DNA from: Ginkgo biloba
Lineage: Eukaryota > Plantae > Ginkgophyta
Assembly: GCA_024626585.2 (NCBI GenBank)
Contig: JANKJI020000002.1
Location: 215,374,551-215,392,922, forward strand
Length of the DNA stretch: 18,372 nt
Direction: 5' to 3'
Position numbers and translations under genes: made by a program. The notes under the pieces are model-generated. The model did not search any database. It worked only from the letters and a program-made list of their open reading frames with translations, and was not told the DNA's origin. Every line of letters begins with the position of its first letter. The first letter of the stretch is position 1. Below are positions 1 to 9,624 of this stretch, one piece after another.

Positions 1-31
1 TTCTAGCTCTGTTAAAACTTTATAAAAATTT

Positions 32-447
32 CACTCCAACAAGCGTTATTGAGATGCTCGTGCACCACTTGTTGAAGTTACCTTTAAAAATTTCAAGGAA
101 ACTTTGTAAGGAAGATTACCTTCACGTATTTTGAGGTTAAGTTAATGACATGAATGATAACTTTAATCAGTTTAAGGTGAATGTGAATAAAGGAAAGTTA
201 CCTGCACACAATTTATGAATAAGTTAATAACTTAAAAGGTAATTTCAAGTAGTAATGTAAACAAGGAAAAGTTACCTTAACATAGTTTGAGGGTAAGTCT
301 AAATAAAGTAAAGTTACCTTCCGATAGTTTGAGGATAATTTAATGATATAAAAGGTAACTTCAAGTGGTTTGAGGGTAAATTCTAATAAGAGAAAGTTAT
401 ATGTATACGATTTGAAGGTAAGTTTAAACAAAGAAAAGTCACCTTCA
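32..447. mobile_element. Possible degenerate CACTA (En/Spm) transposon terminus
   Basis: CACTCCAACAA at 32-42 is one mismatch from the CACTACAA(C/G)AA TIR consensus. It is followed by an array whose core motif AAGTTACCTT occurs in both orientations, as in CACTA subterminal repeats. No second TIR or TSD is visible. Confidence 0.3.
72..447. repeat. Degenerate ~41-42 bp tandem array (~10 units) with internal palindrome
   Basis: Motif cores at about 77, 115, 156, 197, 238, 271, 313, 354, 396 and 438. Example units: AAAGTTACCTTAACATAGTTTGAGGGTAAG, AAAGTTACCTTCCGATAGTTTGAGGATAAT, AAAGGTAACTTCAAGTGGTTTGAGGGTAAA. Confidence 0.8.
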
Positions 448-651
448 TGCCCAAGAGGATCACTATACATTATTATACAAACCTTATGCGTATTATAAGG
501 GGTATTTTTTTTATTAAGAAAGTTTTAAATTATATACAACAAGGTTAAGGGGTATTTTTTTATAAAGCACATTTTTTTATGTACAAAAATGGGTTTGGAT
601 AAAAATGTTTGTATCTTTTAAATTACAATTTTCTATTTATCTAAAAATTTA

Positions 652-803
652 AATAAGATAAATAGAAGAGGTGATGACCATGTCCTTGACCATCTAAGGG
701 GATTAATTTTATTTTCAAAATCAATCCCCTTCAACCAAACTTTCCTGTTTAAAAAATTATTCCTAAGAAGAAAATGGTCATCATCTCTTAGTTTTATCTT
801 TTA
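652..803. repeat. Nested inverted repeats (foldback/MITE-like)
   Basis: Outer arms AAGAGGTGATGACCAT (666-681) / ATGGTCATCATCTCTT (774-789), 1 mismatch, extending imperfectly to ~652/803. Inner hairpin AAGGGGATTAATTTT (696-710) / AAAATCAATCCCCTT (717-731), 1 mismatch, 6 nt loop. Confidence 0.6.
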
Positions 804-3800
804 TTCATGTTTTCCCTATATTCTTAAAACCCTCTATTAGGATAAAGTTCAAATAGTAGTAGGCCTAAAACCAAAATTCCATATATACTAATAATTTCAT
901 CCATTATATACATTATAACTACACCAAGTTTTGAAGTATGTATTTATGTGTTAATAAAATCAATATGTTTAGGTAATAGTCTTAGTTTTCTTATAAATTA
1001 ATGCTTTCTAGTATTATAAATACTTCTAGATTTATTATCAACACTTCAATTATGTCTAATTATGAAGGCCAAAGTTCTTAATCTTAACACTTTCCTTCAA
1101 TTCAATATGGAAAGAATATTGATCTTGTTTTAAAATTCTCAACAATTTTTTAAGATAAACTATATTATTTTTAATTTCTTCACTTTCTTTAACAAGAATT
1201 ATATATGTAAAACTCACAGAAAGTATACCATTATAAATATACTTATACTATTTCAACTCATCATTTCTCTAAATATGTGATAATAATGCATAGCAAAATA
1301 ATTACCTCTTCTTATGGACTAATTCCTTCTTATAGAGTAACATATACAATTTTTACTTCATCAAAGAAAATAAGAAAAAACTTGTTATGTTTATTTATAA
1401 GCTAACTAATACATATGGGTTAATGTTAATATATAATTTATCCTATTATTATCAAGTATCCATAGGTATATTTATTTAATTTATGGTTCCTAACTTCATA
1501 AATGTGTTACAATGTGGGTCAAATTATCTTAATTAAATTACATTATACATTGATTATAAAATAAGATACACACACATGTATGTATGTATGCATTGTAAAA
1601 TACCAAANNNNNNNNNNNNNNNNNNNNNNNNNNNNNNNNNNNNNNNNNNNNNNNNNNNNNNNNNNNNNNNNNNNNNNNNNNNNNNNNNNNNNNNNNNNNN
1701 NNNNNNNTTTTAAGTGATAACAAAGGTGGATCCCAATTTTGTGCTCATGGTTCATATTTTTTAATTATTTTAGTTAAATTATCAACTTGATATTTCATCC
1801 TTGATAATATATCTAAGAAAGATTCAATTTATTAGCATTTAGTTGCAACATTGAATATTCACATATAATTCCCTCCTAGTCCTTATCATTTTGGATGGAA
1901 GAGTAACAATAACAATAATCATGTCACTAAGATATGCACTTNNNNNNNNNNNNNNNTATAGTAACTTGTAATATGACTAGTGTGGATTATAGTGGAGTTA
2001 TTTTGGATATTACCTATTAGTTTATCAGGGATACAAAATATAAATGTTGACACTATATTAGATGTGCCTTTTTATACATTAAGGATGTTATATCTTTTTA
2101 TAGTGACTCATAACTTATGTACCACAATTGACTACTTGATATGAGGATCAATGTATGGGTGTCTCTCTTGATCCTATGGTTAATCATATTTCTTCAAAGT
2201 AAAGTATTCATNNNNNNNNNNNNNNNNNNNNNNNNNNNNNNNNNNNNNNNNCCTCAAATTTTAGTGAAGGGCATATATTTCACACAATGTTTTCCTTTTA
2301 ATTCCTCTCCAACCTACACTTCTCTTCTCTCTTATTCATCTAACATGGCATAATTATCATATTTTCCTTGGAAAGAGCGAAGATCTATTTATTTTCTCCA
2401 TTCACAAGAGTTGAAATGGATTTTGTTTCTTACTAAGTTGGAAAGAATTGATGTGTCACAAATTTCATATCATTAAATGTAGTTACAATAATCTATTAAA
2501 ATTTTGATTTTTATAAATTAATTTATATTAAGACTTAGATCAAGCATATTAAATTGAATATATATATTTTTTAAATCTATAAAAAAATATTTGTCTATAT
2601 TTGGCTTCCATTATTATTAGGGATTACCTTTATTTAACCTTATTTAGATAATTTGCTTATTCAATCAAGGATTTTCATGATTGATATGTTATTATCCTAT
2701 TATTAGTTGTAAACTATAGTTGGCATAAGATTCTTTATAAAAATAATTCTACATAACTTGGGATGTAGGTTGTCACTCTCACTAATTGGAGTTAAAAAAT
2801 AATTCTCCACTTTAAAATAACTCTCTTTCATTTTTTATTTTATCTATGATTTAGCATATATAAACAACCTTGAATTTAGTGTTATTCATACTAATTTGTT
2901 AATCATTTATCGAGTTAATTATTTAGTCTTGAAACCCTATCTTTTAGCTTCCACAAAAGTTTTTTTTTTAATTTTTGGAAGGTTAGAAGAAATTTTCATA
3001 TGAAATTTTAACTAAAGGTATNNNNNNNNNNNNNNNNNNNNNNNNNNNNNNNNNNNNNNNNNNNNNNNNNNNNNNNNNNNNNNNNNNNNNNNNNNNNNNN
3101 NNNNNNNNNNNNNNNNNNNNNAAAATATAATTTTATTATGGCCTTGTTCACATTACATCACTTTGTCTCATTGAGATATTTCCTCAAACAGTTGACGTAT
3201 GAACAAAAAACATAAAGTGTTTAAAGCCTCAACTCTTTTTTGCTGCTGGTCATATTCATTCTTCATGTGACCGAGTCCTAACACATAGGGGGCGGATTCC
3301 AAAAACAATTATACAATAATTAAATTTTTAATTTTTTAATTTTTTAAATTGACTTTATATAAAAAAAATCGCCGCTCCTTCGTCGTGCTACAAGTTCGCC
3401 TACGCGCCTGCGTGTGTCTTCACCGCGTCTCCTTCCAGCCTGTGCGACTTCTACCAGGTTTGCTCCGTTGCATCCTCATACACCTACACTCCACGACCTC
3501 GATGGGATCTTTGAGAACCTTCCACGGCTTCTATTGGCAGCCCATATATTATGCGACATCCTCCATTCGCCTTGGTACCTGCAACTTTTCAAATCTTCCA
3601 CAAAGCTCTGATCTCGTATTCAATCTTCCTTCCTCTTAACAGTCAACCATGGCAGTGGCTGTGGGCGAAGAAGGGAATGCCTAGACAGAATGGCAATCGT
3701 TGCTGGTGCACGAGGGATAAATCTACTCCATGCAGTGTTCTTTCTCTGTCGGTTTCTTTATGGAATACCAAATACCAACATACAAGTAAGAAGGGGACTA

Positions 3801-3997
3801 TAGAAATGCAGAGCCACAGGTTAACACCATTCAAGAATCGAATCGCCCCCACTACTCAATGGAGTCGGCTCCCTCTCTAGAAACTGTACCATCAACAATG
3901 CATGAACAGAGATGAAAGACACCACATAAACATGGTCTTCTTGTTGTAGCTGGTGGGCTTGACGATGGAGGACGAATGCAACAACAAAGACAACACT

Positions 3998-4009
3998 GCT
4001 CTGATACCA
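3998..4009 (-). other. Retrotransposon primer-binding site (tRNA-iMet)
   Basis: GCTCTGATACCA on + reads TGGTATCAGAGC on -, the canonical plant iMet PBS, 3 nt after a ...CCTTCA LTR end. Confidence 0.85.
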
Positions 4010-4012
4010 AAG

Positions 4013-4282
4013 TGAAGGTAAAGAGCAATGAATGCAGGAGAATAAATGAAGACAAAGATAGAAGACCCACGCATAGCTTTCTTTCCAAATAGAATTGACT
4101 CCTCACCTTCTCATTCACAAAATGCATGTATAAATACAAGAACAAAAGTGTAACGCATTGGAATCTATTTCCAACGCTCATTCATCTTTTTGACACCTCA
4201 CTCCACACTTGTCACATGCTATTTTTTATTTTAATCTTTCTACACAACATTATTAGTCTATAAATGAGACATTATTCCAACA
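4013..4282 (-). mobile_element. Short (270 bp) 5' LTR of a copia-like or TRIM-like element
   Basis: Minus strand starts TGTTGGAATAATG... (4282) and ends ...CCTTCA (4013), i.e. TG...CA termini. It has an internal TATTTATA and is followed by the iMet PBS. No partner LTR found. Confidence 0.7.
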
Positions 4283-4367
4283 GTTAGCAACATTAGATCC
4301 ATAGAAAAGAGCTATGGGAGCCATTCGATAGTGGAATCGAAGAGTGTGGGTGTTAGATTTGAACCTT

Positions 4368-4875
4368 GGACTGAACTTGCTAAGGGTTTGAAGTGTTGAA
4401 CCATGAAGAAGGCTATGGGAGTAATTTAACAATGGAAATAGGGTGCAGGGCGGTGGATTTAAACCCTAAATGGTGGATTTGAGCATTTGAATGGTGAAAG
4501 CAAGGTGTGTGGGATGTAGATTTAAACCCCTGATCAATTTTATAAAGTGATTTGAATCGCCCAACTATGCACGATGTGCTAAGATATGAAAGATATTCAT
4601 TTGAAGCCAAAATGCAAGGGATGTGGTCTAAGGTAAGCCTAAAAAGATCAAGGATTGAGCTAACGAGCACATAGCAGCTAGCAAGTGATTGATTAACTAG
4701 GTAGACCATCAAGGGAGGCAACTCAAGAGAGGGATAACATGATTTTCATCTTAGATTGGTGAACTACAGGTATTGAGGAGTCTGTCAAAGCCAAAAATTA
4801 AAGAGAGCCAAGATTACACGTCGATTGAGGTAGCTCGAGGTACAATGGGCAGTGGCCCTAGTAAAAATTACTTAA
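4368..4875 (+). repeat. LTR-like repeat, copy 1 (inverted relative to 10166-10654); truncated by the N gap
   Basis: Reverse complement of 10166-10654. I count 10 mismatches over 4681-4875 (195 nt), mostly transitions. This copy has an extra 20 bp (4461-4480). Confidence 0.9.
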
Positions 4876-5787
4876 NNNNNNNNNNNNNNNNNNNNNNNNN
4901 NNNNNNNNNNNNNNNNNNNNNNNNNNNNNNNNNNNNNNNNNNNNNNNNNNNNNNNNNNNNNNNNNNNNNNNNNNNTTGTTGATGCATTAACAATGTTATT
5001 GGGCATTTAAATCCTAGGGTAGATACCAGCGTGGCTATGCGAAACCTCTGACTAATTGTTCATATAAAGTGAATAAACGCATCTGCGTCTGCAATGGAGT
5101 GATGGAAGACAGTGGCCAGAGAAACACTACTACACTTGAATATGTTTACCTATAATCATCACCACCACCACCATCACCAATGCATATGATTAGTTCATGA
5201 TATACAATGCCATTGAAAAAGACTGGTCATGTATAAATAAGCAAATCGGGATCCCCTGAAAACGAAGAGATCATAAGCATTGGAGCCCCTGCTTTTGAGC
5301 ATAGGCTAGTTGACTCGGGGGGTAGCAACGTGTCACCCAAATTGGGATTCGCATGGAAACAAATAGACCACACGAAGGGACCGAGGAACATGGAAGTGCT
5401 TTTGAATGTGTGGGTGGAGGAAGAAGTTGTTGCTTGTGGCAATCATTTTCCATAGGCAAAAATATTATGTTGCCCATAAATCTATTCTATATAACTAAGA
5501 AAATACTTGTTCCCCCCCTCGCCAAACAAAAATGAAATTCCAAACAAAAACTAAATTGAAATTAAAATTCAGATTCGGAATGACTGAAAAATTCACTCGA
5601 TCCAAAAATAAATTAACTGTTACAAAATCAGGTGATCCGCATGCATTGATTAATAAATGATAGCAGACGTGGCACATTATGCTTCATTTACGACACCAAT
5701 CAAGATTCTTCTCTTCTGTTCTGTAATCAATTTTTTCAACATTTTTTTTCGTTGAATGTTTGGGGTAGGTGGACAAATGCAGAGAAG

Positions 5788-6138
5788 GCACTGTTTATGT
5801 TTGGTGATTCATATGTAGACACTGAAAATTGTAAATCAGTCATGGAGACGACCATTCAGTTGCACATGGCTTGGCTATCCGGTTGGCCGATTTTCCTCTG
5901 GCCAATAATTTGTTGTTAATATTTTAAATATATGCAATGGAGCTATTGGGTTGTAGAATTTTGTGGTGAGTGATACAATGGCTTTGGGCTGCCTCACTGA
6001 TGTGGGCATAATATCTCGCAAAATAATGTATGATGATGCCAACAAAATTTTATGGTGAGAGGCTGCCTGGCTACTATGGGTAGAACATCTTGCAAAACCA
6101 TGTACGATGATGCTGTCAGACTTCACAGTAAATTATAA
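5788..6138 (+). pseudogene. GDSL esterase/lipase pseudogene fragment
   Basis: Manual translation: ALFMFGDSYVDTEN (5788-5829, block I FGDS motif); frameshift; SWRRPFSCTWLGYPVGRFSSGQ* (P-x-GRFS motif); IGL*NFVVSDTMALGCL (LG-x-R-x-FVV...LGCLP motif); then GCLATMGRTSCKTMYDDAVRLHSKL*. Contains stops, frameshifts and internal deletions. Confidence 0.85.
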
Positions 6139-6164
6139 AAGGTTATAATATTTAAAATCTCAAT

Positions 6165-6340
6165 TTTGATTGCCTTTGAAATTGGTTTTGAAGTGTTGAT
6201 TTTTATTGGCTCTGAAATTAGCTTTTAAAATGTTGATTTTTATTGACTTTGTGAAATTAACTTTTAAAGTGTCGATCTTTATTGGCTATGAACTTAGTTT
6301 TAAAATTTTTCAGAAAGGTTATGAAATTAGTTTCAAAAAT
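6165..6340. repeat. ~37 bp minisatellite, 4-5 units
   Basis: TGAAATTAGCTTTTAAAATGTTGATTTTTATTGGCT-like unit starting at 6177, 6213, 6252, 6289 and 6322. Confidence 0.8.
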
Positions 6341-7540
6341 TTCCAAATTTTTAGATCATAGACAATGTCTACTACATGCCCTTTTTTTTTTAATTTCAAA
6401 GAGTGAATAAAGCAAAGTTCTTCTCAATGATGAAAGCAATATCAATAATTTGCCAATGAAAATATGGTGAAAGTCATTATAGTGGTGATGAAATATGGTG
6501 TCTAATTGATGAAGTAGGGTTGGTCTATATAACCATCTTCCACTTTTAAAAAATTAGTAAAAATTATAATTCCCTTCTAGAATGGAGATAAGCAAGGTAG
6601 AAAGCAATTGAATTGATTTTAATTAGTCGGATATCCTTTCCCGTGGCAATTATTTGACACGGCAAAGGACTATGATTTTAGTAATTGAATGAAGCCTACT
6701 CGTGTGCAATAAATATCTATGGTTTATTAATACGTTGATTTGTTGGCGTTGTCATTTCGCTTCATTGGTTTTAGAATTATTGCGACAATTCGTACCTTCA
6801 CATTGTTCATTCATTTTTATGAAATGAATGAATGAACCTCCGAGCAAAACATAATGCAATGTTATCCTGAGATTTTATCATAAATCGTTGCAATGTTACA
6901 AAGCCATTCAAAGGCTCAGTTGTAACTCGCCTGATAGATAACCTCTATTGATGGGCTTATGCTCCATGCGTCCTCCTTGCAGCCACGTGCCTCTGTTCTC
7001 CGTCTCATAACCTTTGCTACAGCGTGGTTGAATTTCTATGAGGACTGCCCTTCCCTCGTAATTGTTTCTGGGATGAACGCAAAGCACAACTTCAGTCGAT
7101 TTGCTCTCGATTTCCCTCGTAATTGATGCATTATCATTCGATATGACTGGATGACAAATTTGTTGGGAAGCCTCTATAAAACATCTTGTTGTCTCTTCCA
7201 ATTGTGTAGTCTATCAGAGATGTTTTACTGTTGTTGACATTCATGATATTCATAGAGCTTGTAATTGAGTATGCTAGNNNNNNNNNNNNNNNNNNNNNNN
7301 NNNNNNNNNNNNNNNNNNNNNNNNNNNNNNNNNNNNNNNNNNNNNNNNNNNNNNNNNNNNNNNNNNNNNNNNNNNNNTTCCTAAATTCAGTCCTAGAGCT
7401 TCTAATGAGATACATGAAATTTGACCCATGGAAGAGGCAACAGAGTAGGAAGGGGAATACTTCTTACACTATAGGCTAAGGGATGTCGGGATGAGGGATG
7501 AACTAATCAGGGGATGTCTAGAGATGCGAGAGAGGAAAGA

Positions 7541-8852
7541 TTAAGGAAAATGAATGAAGAGCTAGAAAAAGTGGGAGTGAGAAAACTGTCTACACAAGCT
7601 GCTGAAGACACTGAGGGAAGAATAAAATAAGGAGTAGTAGAAAAAAATGGTGCCTCCTCTGCTAAAAATTAAATAAATCAAGGAGTAGTAGGTGAATTGG
7701 GAGCCTCCTCTAAAGAGAGACCTATAAGGCAAGAAGGAAAGGGAGTAGAAGCTAATTTTGGGACCTCCTCCAAAAGAATTGGTGGTGAAAATATCACGAT
7801 AGACTGATTCTTGGATAAAGAACCCAGGGCTTCAGACGAGCATAGTAGATCGGGATATGTTTTCAGATAGTCAGATACCACTCCAGGAGAAAAAGGATCA
7901 AATGGACCCCTAGAGAGGCCAAACTCATCTGATGACCCCTATACTCAGGTGCAGGAAGGAATATAGACAAGGCAAGAAAGAATAGAAGAACATATAAGTG
8001 GAGAGTAAGGATTATTCGATGAAATCTCAGAAAGAGACATTGATAATTTTAGTGACAAACTTTGAACGCTCACTACTAATAGTGGAGTGTCGATCACATT
8101 TTGGAAGAGAATGGCATGAGTAATGGAACCATTTATGCAGCTTCCTGAATATGATGGGTCAAGAAACCTAAAGACTCATTGGTTTAGATGCGTAAGTATA
8201 TGGGAGACAAGAACCACTCAAGATGAGAAAAGACAAATCAATGAATTTGGTGCTAGGCTCAATGGAGATGCATTGGACTAGTTCATCAAGGTACGAAAGA
8301 ATATCAATAACTTGGATGGACTGGAAAAGCTATTCATAGCCAGGTTTTAGCATCCGGATCGCGATGAAATAGCAATATCACAATTCCGATTTGTTACACA
8401 ACTTCCTGGAGAGACGATGTTTGACTACAATAAGAAATTCAAGACTCTAATGAGTCAGTTGGACGAAGCATCAGGTCACTTATTATGTCGATGGATTAAA
8501 ACCAAAGATAGCAACACTAATCCAACAACACAAGTTGACCAGCATCCAAGAAGCTTTTGAAAGAGCAACAATAGCCGGGCACGTCTAGGGCGGGTCAAAC
8601 AACGACTAACTTGAGCAACAGTTGGAGGAAATGCAGTAGCAGTTGAGCCAATTAACAATGCAGAAGAAAGCTGCTTGGGAGGAAGTATGGTGTACAAAGT
8701 GTTCGAAACTTGGACATATGAAGAGCCAATGTCCATATGTTGGACCGTCGACGTCGGTGGTCTGACACGCAAAAATGTCACGACTTAAATGCCCAATCCG
8801 CCAGCATAACTCAGAGCCTATTACGGAATATTATGAAGTCTGCAAGGAACAT
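7541..8852 (+). pseudogene. gag: Decayed Ty3/gypsy gag (Retrotrans_gag-like domain plus CCHC zinc knuckle)
   Basis: From 8123: MEPFMQLPEYDGSRNLKTHWFRCVSIWE...LNGDALD*FIK...LEKLFIARF*HP...VTQLPGETMFDYNKKFKTLMSQL (stops at 8279 and 8348). After a frameshift: YYVDGLKPKIATLIQQHKLTSIQEAFERA. CTKCSKLGHMKSQC (CX2CX4HX4C) lies at 8691-8732. The same frame runs upstream to ~7541 as a charged, stop-interrupted N-terminal extension. Confidence 0.88.
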
Positions 8853-8894
8853 NNNNNNNNNNNNNNNNNNNNNNNNNNCGTTGAAGTCAGCCAA

Positions 8895-9023
8895 CCGACC
8901 ATGTCAGCGGAAGGCGGGGTCGATGCCGCTGGCAGAAGCAGGAAAATCGACCATGTGGACCGACCCTGTCGGTAGGTGAAGCCCGACGCTGTCGATGGGA
9001 GGCCGCAGACCGACATACGTCAG
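8895..9023. repeat. Cluster of five CCGAC-n3/4-GTCGG-like palindromes
   Basis: CCGACCATGTCAG (8895), TCGACCATGTGGA (8947), CCGACCCTGTCGG (8960), CCGACGCTGTCGA (8983), CCGACATACGTCAG (9010). Confidence 0.65.
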
Positions 9024-9610
9024 TGAGGTGAAAGTTGACACCAACGGTAGAAGGGGCCAGACCGATGACGAAGAAGGAGCAGAGCCGTTTTGAGCCTCGT
9101 TGNNNNNNNNNNNNNNNNNNNNNNNNNNNNNNNNNNNNAGAAGTAAGCCGTAGCACAAAGGTAGACTTGGCAACGTTGCAAGCATTAAATGGCAGAGTCG
9201 TTGGAGCCAAGGGAGATGTTTGGAGCAGGAGAAAGTGTCCGTTGAATCCGAAGCTATATATTTGCCTCACTAGGATTCATTTGGGGGAGTTTGAATTGGG
9301 AGCAACGAAGTGCTGCCAAAATTCAGAGCGGTTAAGGAGGCAAGTGGAGCAGAGTTGTGGAGGATAACTTCCAGCCAGCAATAGAACTAGCATCAAGAAG
9401 AATCGACAGGCTTGACGCNNNNNNNNNNNNNNNNNNNNNNNNNNNNNNNNNNNNNNNNNNNNNNNNNNNNNNNNNNNNNNNNNNNNNNNNNNNNNNNNNN
9501 NNNNNNNNNNNNNNNNNNTTATTGTTGTTCTACACTTTAATGCTAATTGATATGCTTGTATTTACCACATAACCCTGTACTATGCTTCTTTTCTAGAGAT
9601 CTATTCCTTA

Positions 9611-9622
9611 GCTTTGATACCA
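9611..9622 (-). other. Primer-binding site (tRNA-iMet, 1 mismatch)
   Basis: GCTTTGATACCA on + reads TGGTATCAAAGC on -, 2 nt after ...CCTACACCA. Confidence 0.7.
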
Positions 9623-9624
9623 CC

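Noticed and set aside
72-447. CRISPR-like array of palindromic repeats
   Set aside because: Repeats are degenerate, intervening sequences are short and mutually similar, there are no cas genes, and the context is eukaryotic TE DNA.
3146-3193. Possible second copy of the short LTR end (TGAGA..TT...AACAGTT resembles 4265-4285)
   Set aside because: Weak similarity in AT-rich sequence and no adjacent polypurine tract.
3349-4181. Overlapping 60-109 aa ORFs, including LNGVNLW reminiscent of a copia gag N-terminus
   Set aside because: Expected by chance in GC-richer DNA, with no further gag motifs; one ORF runs across the LTR/PBS.
5227-5477. Minus-strand ORFs with faint resemblance to an LRR-receptor C-cap (TFKSTSMF...NPNL)
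   Set aside because: Key residues and spacing are absent and there are no LRR repeats.
5667-5673. ABRE core ACGTGGC upstream of the GDSL fragment
   Set aside because: A single 7-mer is compatible with chance, and no promoter or start site can be defined.
6908-7201. 97 aa minus-strand ORF
   Set aside because: Non-ATG start and no recognisable domain.
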